From an uncultured Pseudomonadota bacterium (lineage in GTDB: Bacteria > Pseudomonadota > Alphaproteobacteria > RF32 > CAG-239), in NCBI GenBank assembly GCA_902495305.1, contig CABUWG010000004.1, forward strand, positions 1 to 61,960: a DNA stretch of 61,960 nucleotides, given 5' to 3'. Shown here piece after piece: positions 17,367-26,361 of this stretch. The stretch's first letter is position 1; each line of letters starts with the position of its first letter. The translations under genes were made by a program, and so were the position numbers. Below the pieces are notes generated by a model, which did no database searches, had not been told where the DNA came from, and saw only the letters and a program-made list of their open reading frames with translations.

Positions 17367-18080
17367 ATGACTAGAGAGATTGTATTTGATACCGAAACAA
17401 CGGGTTTTGATCCGGAAACAGGCGATAAACTGGTAGAAATCGGTGCCGTGGAGCTGATTAACCATATTCCGACCGGCGTAACGTATCACCAGTATATTAA
17501 TCCGGAGAGAGACGTGCCGGAAGATGCTTTTAAAATTCACGGTTTGTCTTATGAATATTTGAAAGATTTTCCGACTTTTGCCCAAGTGGCGGACGAATGG
17601 GTCGAGTTTGTCGGCGATGCTACTCTGGTGGCGCATAACGCCAAGTTTGATATCAACTTTGTGAATTATGAGCTTAAACAGCTCGGAAAAGAAGGATATA
17701 CCTGGGACAGGGTTGTTGATACGCTCGAAATTGCCAAGATTTTGTTTCCGGGAGCAAGAAACAATCTTGACGCTTTGTGCCGGCGTTTTAATGTTGACAA
17801 TACACAGCGTACATTACACGGCGCCCTGCTTGACGCGCAGCTGCTGGCAGAAGTTTATCTGGAGCTGTTGGGCGGGCGTGAGCCGAGTTTCTTGCTTGAT
17901 AAGAATAAAAAACAAGCGGCGACGGTCGAAACCGCAGCGGCAGTGACGGACAGAAAGTACCGAGAGCCGCGGATTTTTGCTTTGAGTGAAGAAGCTTTGC
18001 AGTTGCATAATGACTTTTTGAATGCCAAAATCAAAGGGGCAATATGGACAGCCGTGCCGGAAGAGAAGGGTGAAAATTAG
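17367..18080 (+). CDS. dnaQ: DNA polymerase III epsilon subunit (3'-5' exonuclease)
   Basis: ExoI motif VFDTETTG, ExoII AHNAKFD and ExoIII HGALLDA. Confidence 0.93.
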   Translation: MTREIVFDTETTGFDPETGDKLVEIGAVELINHIPTGVTYHQYINPERDVPEDAFKIHGLSYEYLKDFPTFAQVADEWVEFVGDATLVAHNAKFDINFVNYELKQLGKEGYTWDRVVDTLEIAKILFPGARNNLDALCRRFNVDNTQRTLHGALLDAQLLAEVYLELLGGREPSFLLDKNKKQAATVETAAAVTDRKYREPRIFALSEEALQLHNDFLNAKIKGAIWTAVPEEKGEN

Positions 18081-18248
18081 CAAATTCTTGTTTTTATTGC
18101 GATGTCGTGCTAGAATTAATTATTATTAACGGTATTGCGAGTCAGAAATGTCTGATAACAGGATAGAAGAGTTTTAGGATTGTTTGTCAATAAGGCAATG
18201 TCAGAGGCGCCGAAAGCGCATATTCTGATGGCGTAGGAATATTTTAAA

Positions 18249-18515
18249 ATGCAGACCGGAAAAACACTTCCGATTTATGTTTATGATTCAAAAGGCGGAG
18301 AACTGACGGAATATAATCCTCCGAAAGAAGAAAGGGAGAGTATCGTGACGCGGCTTAAAGAAAGCCGGCGGCTGCATTCCTCAAGTTTGGGATATTGGCT
18401 GGAAACGGAAGAAAAAGGCCATTATGAAAGCTATTTTGATTTGTTGGCAAAGGCTGAAAGATCACAGGCTGATCCTGCACTTTGGCTCAGAAAACAGAAA
18501 GGCTTGAGCCGATAA
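18249..18515 (+). CDS. hypothetical protein (88 aa)
   Basis: ORF followed directly by a strong terminator. No recognisable motif. Confidence 0.45.
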   Translation: MQTGKTLPIYVYDSKGGELTEYNPPKEERESIVTRLKESRRLHSSSLGYWLETEEKGHYESYFDLLAKAERSQADPALWLRKQKGLSR

Positions 18516-18546
18516 AAAAAATCCCGAACAATCGGGATTTTTTTTA
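18514..18546. terminator. bidirectional intrinsic terminator (88-aa ORF / secB)
   Basis: Stem atcccga/tcgggat (18521..18527 with 18532..18538). An A-run lies upstream and a T-run downstream. Confidence 0.7.
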
Positions 18547-18549
18547 TTA

Positions 18550-19050
18550 TTATTTTTGTTCCGGCTGAGGTTGTTGCCCGTTTTGCGGTTGTTTGCGGTT
18601 TTGGTACATTGCAACAAAGTCTATCGGGTTTATCATCAGCGGCGGCAGGCCGGCGGAAATGAGCGAATTGGTGATGTAGCTGCGGGCGTAAGGGAAAAGC
18701 ATCCGCGGAATTTCTATCAACAAAACAGGTTCCAAATGTTCTTCCGGAACATTCAGGGCGACAATGCCGCAATAGTCAAGTTCCAAAATAAACAGCGGCT
18801 GGGTGCTGACGATGCCGTCAATACGGATTTTTAATGAAACGTTGAAGAAATTGTCATGCAGGTGATCAGCATGGACATCAACATCAATATTTATTTCCGG
18901 CGCCTGATTCAGGTTGCGGAAAATTTCCGGCGCATGCGGAATTTCTAATGAAAAATCTTTAATATACTGGGTGCTGATCACAATCGGCGGCTGGGCTCCG
19001 GCGTTGTCATTGGCTGTCGGTTGTTCCGGGGTTTGGTTTTCTTCAGACAT
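18550..19050 (-). CDS. secB: protein-export chaperone SecB
   Basis: 166 aa with SecB-like core (IKDFSLEIPHAPEIF...) and an acidic/Gln-rich C-terminus. Confidence 0.92.
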   Translation of the reverse strand: MSEENQTPEQPTANDNAGAQPPIVISTQYIKDFSLEIPHAPEIFRNLNQAPEINIDVDVHADHLHDNFFNVSLKIRIDGIVSTQPLFILELDYCGIVALNVPEEHLEPVLLIEIPRMLFPYARSYITNSLISAGLPPLMINPIDFVAMYQNRKQPQNGQQPQPEQK

Positions 19051-19184
19051 ATATTCCTCCTAAAGTGGTGTTTTGTTTATTGATACCCTGAAAATTTTGA
19101 ATCGTCAAATATTATAGTTGATAAAAGATATAATTCGGCTATATATTTATATAAGATGTGAGGATAATTTTTTTACGGAGACAG

Positions 19185-19850
19185 GTGTTGTCGGGATATT
19201 TTGATATTTTAATTCTTTTTGTGGTGGTTTTAGTAATTTTTAAAAGATTGCATTCTATACTTGGCTCAAATGCTGACAGTGAAAACAAAGCTAAAATAGC
19301 CGAGGAAAATGCTGCAAGGATTTTTGATATCATCATGAAAGAAGCTGAGAAAAATCAGATGGCGGAGATGTCCCGCGGCGAAGAGAAAGCCGAAAATCAG
19401 GAGAATTTGAGCGAAACAGAAAAGGTATTGCGCCAAATCCCGAATTTTGACAAAGACAAGTTTTTATACGGTGCCAAAAAGGCTTTTGAAATGGTTGTCG
19501 ACTCTTTCTCCAAAGGCGATATTGAAACTTTGGAAATGCTGGTCAGCAAAAAACTGTTGAAAAAGTTTCAGGATATTATTGAACAAAGAAAAGCCGAAGG
19601 CATTGTTTCCGAGGCAGATTTCATTGGTTTTGACAAGGCCGAAATTGTTAAGGCAAAGGTTTCTGCCGATAATATTGCCAAGATTACGGTAGAATTTATT
19701 TCGCAGCAGGTTAATCTTTTGAAAAATGCCGAAGGCGAAATTATTGAAGGTGATGAAAACTTTATTCAGAATATTTCGGATACCTGGACTTTTGAACGCG
19801 CTTTGACTTCAACTAACCCCAACTGGCTGTTGGTTTCTACGAGAAAGTAA
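19185..19850 (+). CDS. Tim44-like domain protein (membrane-anchored)
   Basis: N-terminal TM (FDILILFVVVLVIF) and a C-terminal Tim44-like domain ending NPNWLLVS. I prefer the GTG at 19185 with GGAG 6 nt upstream. The track start is 19158. Confidence 0.8.
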   Translation: MLSGYFDILILFVVVLVIFKRLHSILGSNADSENKAKIAEENAARIFDIIMKEAEKNQMAEMSRGEEKAENQENLSETEKVLRQIPNFDKDKFLYGAKKAFEMVVDSFSKGDIETLEMLVSKKLLKKFQDIIEQRKAEGIVSEADFIGFDKAEIVKAKVSADNIAKITVEFISQQVNLLKNAEGEIIEGDENFIQNISDTWTFERALTSTNPNWLLVSTRK

Positions 19851-19853
19851 ACG

Positions 19854-21053
19854 ATGACCGGAACTAAAAATCTTAAATTATTGGCTTTGCTGCTGGCGCT
19901 TTTTGCTTGCGGCAAGGAAGAACAGCAATCCGCCGAACAGACGGAAATTCCTTTGACGGCGGAAGAAAAAATTGATAAGTCCGATTTTGAGCTCAAGCAG
20001 GTGGATTATAATTCTCTGTCAGGGTGGAAGAAAGACGATTTGGCAACGGCAATGCAGGCTTTTGCCCTTTCCTGCCAAAAAATTATGGCGTCTGACAGCG
20101 AGTTTCTTTCCGATAAGGCTTTGGTTAAAATTCCGACGGCAGCTTATAAGGAAATTTGTCAGAAGCTTGAAACAACGGCGCCGCTGGAATATCCGAATTT
20201 TATCGAGCAGAATTTTACGCCGTATCAGGTTTTGTTCAAGGGGAATGACATCGGGCAGTTTACGTCTTATTTTGAACCGACAATTCAGGTTTCGGTTACC
20301 CGCAGTCACGGGTATAATTATCCGATTTACGGTCGTCCGTATGATTTGTTTGAAATGAATCTGAAAGATTTTGACGAGGCTTATCCTAATAAAAAGCTTA
20401 TGGGACGCGTGGTCGGGCAAAAATTTGTGCCTTATTTTACGAGAGACGAGATTTCTAAGACCATGATGAAAGCGCCGGTGATTTTATGGGCTGCCAATCC
20501 GGTTGATTTGTATATTGCGCAGATTCAGGGTTCTGCCGTAGCCGAGACGGAAGACGGCAAGCAGGTCCGGATTGCCTATGACAGCAACAACGGGCATAAA
20601 TTTACCGGAATCGGGCGGATTTTGCTGGAAAGACGGCTTATCCGAAAAGATAAGGCTTCGATGATGGAAATCAAAAAATGGATGCACGAGAATTATGACG
20701 TGGCAAAAGACCTGATGAATGAGAACAAACGTTATGTTTTTCACAGGTTGTCATACGAGAGCGGTCCGGTTGGCGCAGAAGGTGTGGTCTTGACGGCGGG
20801 CAGAAGTCTGGCCGTGGATGAAAACTATATTCCTTATGGCAGTTTGCTCTGGCTGGAAACGGCTTTGCCGAAATACGGCGAGACTTATAAAATGGTTGTT
20901 GCGCAGGATACCGGAGAAGCCATTAAAGGTGCTATCCGCGGTGACTATTTCTGGGGAACAGGCAGTGATGACGTTTTGGAACTGGCCGGAAAAATGAATT
21001 CGACCGGACGCTATTTTATTTTTGTTCCCAAAGGCGTGGAGGTTAATCAATAG
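19854..21053 (+). CDS. mltA: membrane-bound lytic murein transglycosylase A
   Basis: Lipoprotein-like signal (LLALFAC) plus MltA and 3D-domain motifs (IQGS..., VAQDTGEAIKG..RGDYFWG). Confidence 0.9.
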   Translation: MTGTKNLKLLALLLALFACGKEEQQSAEQTEIPLTAEEKIDKSDFELKQVDYNSLSGWKKDDLATAMQAFALSCQKIMASDSEFLSDKALVKIPTAAYKEICQKLETTAPLEYPNFIEQNFTPYQVLFKGNDIGQFTSYFEPTIQVSVTRSHGYNYPIYGRPYDLFEMNLKDFDEAYPNKKLMGRVVGQKFVPYFTRDEISKTMMKAPVILWAANPVDLYIAQIQGSAVAETEDGKQVRIAYDSNNGHKFTGIGRILLERRLIRKDKASMMEIKKWMHENYDVAKDLMNENKRYVFHRLSYESGPVGAEGVVLTAGRSLAVDENYIPYGSLLWLETALPKYGETYKMVVAQDTGEAIKGAIRGDYFWGTGSDDVLELAGKMNSTGRYFIFVPKGVEVNQ

Positions 21054-21055
21054 CC

Positions 21056-21562
21056 ATGGTGCGCAAATCTCCCAATAAGGCAGATGCTTTGGTTTATAAA
21101 GCATTGCAAAAGGCAATAGAGCAGGACAGGCTGCGGGTCTATCTGGATTATGCCAGAATAAACCGCCCGCAGTCGCCGGTTTATGATCCGTGGGAGTGTT
21201 TGCTTCCGGTTTTGGTGCCGGTGATTATCGGCCTGCTGCTGATTATCAGCGTCGGCGTATTGTTCGGGTTGTTGTTTATTGTGGTTATGATTTTGGTTTA
21301 CAGTACTTATGTGAAAAAAATTATGCATAAAAAGCTGATTGAAAGGACCAAAAAGTTTTTGATCGCGGATTATGACAATTGTTGCAAGCTCTGGGAATTT
21401 GGTGGCATTGTGCTGGTGAATACAAAAAACAAAAAAATTGGCTGCGTGGCGCCGGAAGGCGACTGGAAAGATTTTGTCGTGCTGAATTATGCCGACTTGA
21501 TGGTTGACCATAATGAAAAATCTGAACAAAAATCCGAAGACGACAGATCCCAAACAGCCTGA
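21056..21562 (+). CDS. hypothetical membrane protein (168 aa)
   Basis: ORF with two central TM helices. It overlaps the smr start by about 50-60 nt. Confidence 0.5.
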   Translation: MVRKSPNKADALVYKALQKAIEQDRLRVYLDYARINRPQSPVYDPWECLLPVLVPVIIGLLLIISVGVLFGLLFIVVMILVYSTYVKKIMHKKLIERTKKFLIADYDNCCKLWEFGGIVLVNTKNKKIGCVAPEGDWKDFVVLNYADLMVDHNEKSEQKSEDDRSQTA

Positions 21563-22079
21563 AGATACTGATTTTTGGCAGGAGGTTGTAAAAGGCGTGC
21601 GGAAAATTCCGACGCCTAACGTTGACTTGTCAAAGCCGCAGACAGCGTTGCCGGAGATCAGGCAGAATATCAACATTTTTGAGTTTTATCAGGGCGAACG
21701 TCTGGATTATCTTCGGGCCGGCAGTTTTAACAATATTGATGCCAATACCGTCAAACGGTTTAAACGCGGGGAATTCAAGATAGAGGCGCGTTTGGATTTG
21801 CATGGTTGTCTGGTTGACGAGGCTTATCAGAAAGTGGAAACTTTTTTGCAAAATGCTGTTCGGCGCGGTTTGCGCTGTGTGCAGATCATTACCGGAAAAG
21901 GCTTACATCGCGAGGATGAAGATATTTTTGCTGCCCGCGGCGTACTGAAAGATCTGGTGCCGCAATGGCTGAATCAGGATCATATCCGTCCGTTGCTGCT
22001 GGCTTTTGACTATTCTCCGGTCAGTGAGGGCGGAGACGGCGCTTTAATGCTGTTGTTACGCCGTAAGCCTAGTTCCTGA
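21504..22079 (+). CDS. Smr-domain protein
   Basis: C-terminal Smr domain (LDLHG...ITGKG...VLK..V..WL). The mltA-smr adjacency is typical of alphaproteobacteria. Confidence 0.8.
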   Translation: MTIMKNLNKNPKTTDPKQPEDTDFWQEVVKGVRKIPTPNVDLSKPQTALPEIRQNINIFEFYQGERLDYLRAGSFNNIDANTVKRFKRGEFKIEARLDLHGCLVDEAYQKVETFLQNAVRRGLRCVQIITGKGLHREDEDIFAARGVLKDLVPQWLNQDHIRPLLLAFDYSPVSEGGDGALMLLLRRKPSS

Positions 22080-22710
22080 TTTTTTTATCCGTACTGTGGC
22101 AATAAGCGGCAATCGGGCAGTTTGAGCAGTCCGGATTTTGGGCTTTGCAGACATATCTTCCGAACAAGACAAGCCAGTGGTTGGCATTTTTTTTGAAATT
22201 ATCCGGCAAGACGCTGTTTAAATCTTTTTCAACTTCCAGCGGGTTTTTGCCTTGACTGAAATCCAGCCGATGAGAAATGCGGAAGACATGGGTATCAACG
22301 GCAATTGTCGGTTTGTCAAACCAAACATTCAGGACAACATTGGCGGTTTTGCGTCCGACGCCGGCAAGACTTTCCAGTGCCGTGCGGTCAGAGGGGACTT
22401 CGCCGTTGTATTTTTCGACCAGTTCCTTGCTCATTGCCATAATGTTTTTGGCTTTGTTGTTATAGAGGCCGATGGTTTTGATGTATTCTTTGAGTTTGTC
22501 AATGCCAAGCGCCAGAATTTGCTGTGGCGTTTCAGCGATTTTGAAGAGTTCTTTGGTGGCTTTGTTGACGCCTTTGTCGGTACTTTGGGCAGAAAGGATG
22601 ACGGCAACCAGCAAGGTATAGGCATTATGAAAATCGAGTTCGCAGCGCGGATTGGGATCCCGCTGATTGAAAATATCCATGATTTCCAGAATTTCTTTTG
22701 TGTTTCTCAT
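22069..22710 (-). CDS. nth: endonuclease III
   Basis: HhH-GPD motif, catalytic Lys region and Fe-S cluster loop CKAQNPDCSNCPIAAYC. Confidence 0.95.
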   Translation of the reverse strand: MRNTKEILEIMDIFNQRDPNPRCELDFHNAYTLLVAVILSAQSTDKGVNKATKELFKIAETPQQILALGIDKLKEYIKTIGLYNNKAKNIMAMSKELVEKYNGEVPSDRTALESLAGVGRKTANVVLNVWFDKPTIAVDTHVFRISHRLDFSQGKNPLEVEKDLNSVLPDNFKKNANHWLVLFGRYVCKAQNPDCSNCPIAAYCHSTDKKIRN

Positions 22711-23789
22711 CAGGCTTTTACTCCTCCGGCGCCGGCTGCTTTGGGCGCGTTCTCGTCTAACGGCCAGCGGGGGCGCGGTTTGAAATCCAAGTCGTTGGTA
22801 TAACCGGCGCGGAATCTTTCCAGTCCGGCCCAGGCGATCATGACGCCGTTGTCGGTGCAGAAACGGACGGGAGGAGCGGAGAAAACCATGTTATTGGCTT
22901 TAGCCAGAAGTTCCAGCCGGTTTCTTAAAAAGGTGTTGGATGCCACGCCGCCGGAAACGACAAGGTCTTTGCCTTCGGGATAATGTTCCTGAAAATAACG
23001 GATGGCTTTTTCAAGCTTGTGACAAAGGCTTTCGGTAACGGCAAACTGAAAACCGGCGCAGATATCGGCCACATCCTGCTCGGGCAGAAGAGCGTGTTCC
23101 AAGATGCCGTCCTTTGAGTAGGATTCAATAATTTTGCGTACGGCGGTTTTTAATCCCGAGAAAGAAAGGTTGCAGTCCGGAGAATTGAAAAGCGGGCGCG
23201 GCAGAACAAAGCGGCGGCTGTTGCCGACATCTGCCATTTTTTCTATCATCGGGCCGCCGGGGTAGCCCAAGCCCAGCATTTTTGACACTTTGTCAAAAGC
23301 CTCGCCGGCCGCATCGTCAATCGTGGTTCCGAGGCGTTGGTATTCTCCGACATTTTTTACGACTAAAATTTGACAATGTCCGCCGGAAACAAGTAATAGT
23401 AGATAAGGGTATTGTACGTCACTGGTCAGTCTGGCGGCTAAGGCATGGCCTTCCAGATGGTTTACGGCAACAAAAGGTTTGTTTAAGGCCAGAGCCATGG
23501 CTTTGGCTGCCATTACGCCGACGACAACGCCGCCGATCAGTCCGGGGCCGGAAGAGGCCGCAACAGCGTCAATATCGTCTGGTTTTAATCCGGCTTTGGA
23601 AAAGGTATGTTCAATAATCTCGTCAATATGTTCCAAATGCGAGCGGGCGGCAATTTCCGGTACGACACCGCCGAAAGGTTTGTGTTCTTCAAGCTGGGTC
23701 AAAAGGCATTCGCCTAATATTTGCCGCTTATCATTGACAATGGCGGCGGCTGTTTCGTCGCAGCTGCTCTCTATTCCTAAAACTATCAT
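22710..23789 (-). CDS. tsaD: tRNA N6-threonylcarbamoyladenosine synthase TsaD (Gcp)
   Basis: 359 aa with IESSCDET, HLEGH and SGGVA motifs. Confidence 0.95.
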   Translation of the reverse strand: MIVLGIESSCDETAAAIVNDKRQILGECLLTQLEEHKPFGGVVPEIAARSHLEHIDEIIEHTFSKAGLKPDDIDAVAASSGPGLIGGVVVGVMAAKAMALALNKPFVAVNHLEGHALAARLTSDVQYPYLLLLVSGGHCQILVVKNVGEYQRLGTTIDDAAGEAFDKVSKMLGLGYPGGPMIEKMADVGNSRRFVLPRPLFNSPDCNLSFSGLKTAVRKIIESYSKDGILEHALLPEQDVADICAGFQFAVTESLCHKLEKAIRYFQEHYPEGKDLVVSGGVASNTFLRNRLELLAKANNMVFSAPPVRFCTDNGVMIAWAGLERFRAGYTNDLDFKPRPRWPLDENAPKAAGAGGVKA

Positions 23790-23881
23790 TGCTTATCTCT
23801 TTTTTATTGCAGTTTTTTTTTAATTATATACACTATAAAATAGTTTATTGCAAAGGCAAAATTTCAGGCGAAAGGTTGAAA

Positions 23882-24925
23882 ATGGCAAATAAAATCGAGA
23901 AAAAGGAATCTGCGGCGGAAGAAACGGCTCCGGTAAAGAAAGTTTCGGGCAGCGGGCATTCTTCGGCGAAAATTCTGGTGCTGATTTTGGTTCTGGGCGC
24001 CGGATGGGGAATTTATAAGAATCCGCAGCTGGTTGAAAGAGCAAAAGCGCTGCTTGCAGAATCGGCGGCACGGTATTCGGAGAACTTGCCGGAAAAACAA
24101 CCGATCCAAACAGATATTCAGGATTTGCAAAACCAGATTGCAATGCTGAGGACGGAGCTTTTTAATCTGAAGAATTCTTTGCCGGCAGAAGGAGAGCCGG
24201 TTGACGTGCAGAAGCTGAACGAGCTTTATGACAAGTTTGACGCCATTGAAAAAACAAATATGAATATTATCAATTCCAAGGCGGATGCTTCGGCCTTGCT
24301 GGGAATGATGACGCGGCTTGACGAGGCTGAAAGCAAGCTGAAACTGATCAGCAGGGCAACAGATGAGAATGCGTTGATTTTGACGGCGGCGATGATGGTT
24401 AAAGAAGCGTCCGGCCGCGGCGGAAATTTTGTTTATGAAGCAGAAGTTTTGCAGCAGCTGGCCCAAGGGAATCCGCGTCTGGCGGAACCTCTGGCCGTGA
24501 TTGCCAAAACGGCACCGTCCGGAATTGTAACAAATGCACGCCTTATTAACGAATTTGAAAGTATTTATGGTGCCATACTAAAGAAGCAAAAAGATGCGGC
24601 AGCCCAGACATGGAAAGACCGGATTTTGAGCAAACTGAGCGACTTTGTAAAAGTCCGGAAAGTTAATGAAGCGGAAGAGGCAGAAATGCAAATTCTGCAG
24701 AATTTGAAGAATATCAGAGACCTTGTGCGGGAAGAGAATTTTGTTCAGGCGGCAGAAGAGCTGCGTTTGCCCGAGAATGAGGCCTTGCTGGAAGATGCCG
24801 GTTTGCGGAAGTGGCAGGAAAAGGCTTTGGCCAAGGTTGATTTTGAACAGGCCGTGAGCAGGATTTCTACTTATTCTCTGGCAGCTATGAAAGTCAATGC
24901 GATTAAAAAGGAGACAATGGAATGA
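23882..24925 (+). CDS. coiled-coil membrane protein, candidate alphaproteobacterial Mic60 (mitofilin-like)
   Basis: I prefer the ATG at 23882 (MANKIEKK). It has one N-terminal TM (ILVLILVLGAGWGIY), a long coiled coil, and a C-terminal block (...LRKWQEKALAKVDFEQAV...). Its position between tsaD and the hemY-like gene fits. Confidence 0.6.
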   Translation: MANKIEKKESAAEETAPVKKVSGSGHSSAKILVLILVLGAGWGIYKNPQLVERAKALLAESAARYSENLPEKQPIQTDIQDLQNQIAMLRTELFNLKNSLPAEGEPVDVQKLNELYDKFDAIEKTNMNIINSKADASALLGMMTRLDEAESKLKLISRATDENALILTAAMMVKEASGRGGNFVYEAEVLQQLAQGNPRLAEPLAVIAKTAPSGIVTNARLINEFESIYGAILKKQKDAAAQTWKDRILSKLSDFVKVRKVNEAEEAEMQILQNLKNIRDLVREENFVQAAEELRLPENEALLEDAGLRKWQEKALAKVDFEQAVSRISTYSLAAMKVNAIKKETME

Positions 24926-26355
24926 CCAGAAAAATATCTACATTTATCTTTATTGGTCTGATTTTTACCGTCATCGTCTGGATGTTGGACAAGGCCAGCG
25001 TGGTAACCGTCGATTGGCGCAGTTATCATGAGATTTTATCCGTGCCGGAGCTCATGCTTCTGGTGTTGATGTTTGTGCTGGTTATTGACGTGTGCAACCG
25101 GATTTGCCGCAAGATATTCAATTTGCAGGTCAGAGAGGCCTATAAGGCTTCTTATCTTGAAAATGAGATTAAGGAAAATGCCGCAATTGATGTTCTGGCC
25201 GGAAAAATCAGCGAAAAAATCGTCATTGACCGCAAAGATTTTGACAAGTCGCTGCTTTTGGTTTTAAGAGCCATGACGGCAATTACGGCCGGTGATATGA
25301 ACGAAGCCCGCTTTCATATTAAAAATCTGAAAAAAGTGATTGGCAATGATCCGATTATTGATGTTTTGAAGATGAAAATTTATAAGGGCGAGAAAAATTA
25401 TGACAAGATGGAAGAGCTGTCGGCCAGAATTATGAAAAACAGCGATATTCAGATTGTCGGCATGAAAGCCGCCGTTGAAGCCCAAATGGAAAAAAGAGAG
25501 TTTAAAGAAGCGCTGGCTACCGCAAACCGCGCGTTTGAGCTGCGGCAGGATTTGTACTGGATTATTGAAAGCGCGTTTGAGCTGCGTGCCAAAGCGCAGG
25601 ACTGGGAAGGCGCTTTGCAGGTGCTTGATGCCGGCCGCAAGAAGAAAATTATTCCGGCGGATAAATACAAACGGCTGAAGGCCATCGTTCTGTTTGAACG
25701 GGCTAAAGATTTTCAGAAAGCCGGCGATGAGGTTAATTTCTTTAAGTTTTGTTCACAGGCGGTTGAAGCCGATGATACGCTGGTTCCGGCAGCCGTGGCT
25801 TTGGCAGAGTATTATAAAAATAACGACAATCAGGTGCGCAAGGCTGCTGATATTTTGTTGCGGGTATGGAAAAAGAATCCGACGGACGAAGCGGCTTATG
25901 CCTATTTGGATTTGTATCATCATAATGATGTTAATGCCAAAATTCAGAACATGGAAAGTTTGGCTATGTCCAATTCTCTCCGGCCGTCTTTGAATAACCG
26001 GATTTTGGCAGAGTTGTGCGCCGAGGCCGGAAAATGGAAAAAGGCCAAAGGCGAACTGGAAATCTTTTTGATTAACAATCCCTGCACAAAGAGAGTTTGC
26101 TCTTTGATTGCGGAATATGAAGAAGTTTTTAACAAAAACAAAAAAGAAGCAAAGTCCTGGAAAGACAAATATAAAAACTGTGCCGAAGATTCCGGCTGGG
26201 TTTGTGAAGAATGCGGCGAAAAAACTGCGGAATGGCATTCTGTATGTCCGAAGTGCAAGGCTTTCGGCGCTGAAAAATGGCATTTGTATGTGGAGCAGGA
26301 TAAACAGGAAGCCGATATGTCCAATGACGGCTATGAAGATGAAGACGAGGAGTAA
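24922..26355 (+). CDS. HemY-like TPR membrane protein with C-terminal zinc ribbon
   Basis: N-terminal TMs, TPR-like middle region and a C-terminal WVCEECGEKTAEWHSVCPKCKAFG. It overlaps the upstream gene by 4 nt. Confidence 0.75.
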   Translation: MTRKISTFIFIGLIFTVIVWMLDKASVVTVDWRSYHEILSVPELMLLVLMFVLVIDVCNRICRKIFNLQVREAYKASYLENEIKENAAIDVLAGKISEKIVIDRKDFDKSLLLVLRAMTAITAGDMNEARFHIKNLKKVIGNDPIIDVLKMKIYKGEKNYDKMEELSARIMKNSDIQIVGMKAAVEAQMEKREFKEALATANRAFELRQDLYWIIESAFELRAKAQDWEGALQVLDAGRKKKIIPADKYKRLKAIVLFERAKDFQKAGDEVNFFKFCSQAVEADDTLVPAAVALAEYYKNNDNQVRKAADILLRVWKKNPTDEAAYAYLDLYHHNDVNAKIQNMESLAMSNSLRPSLNNRILAELCAEAGKWKKAKGELEIFLINNPCTKRVCSLIAEYEEVFNKNKKEAKSWKDKYKNCAEDSGWVCEECGEKTAEWHSVCPKCKAFGAEKWHLYVEQDKQEADMSNDGYEDEDEE

Positions 26356-26361
26356 CCGCTG

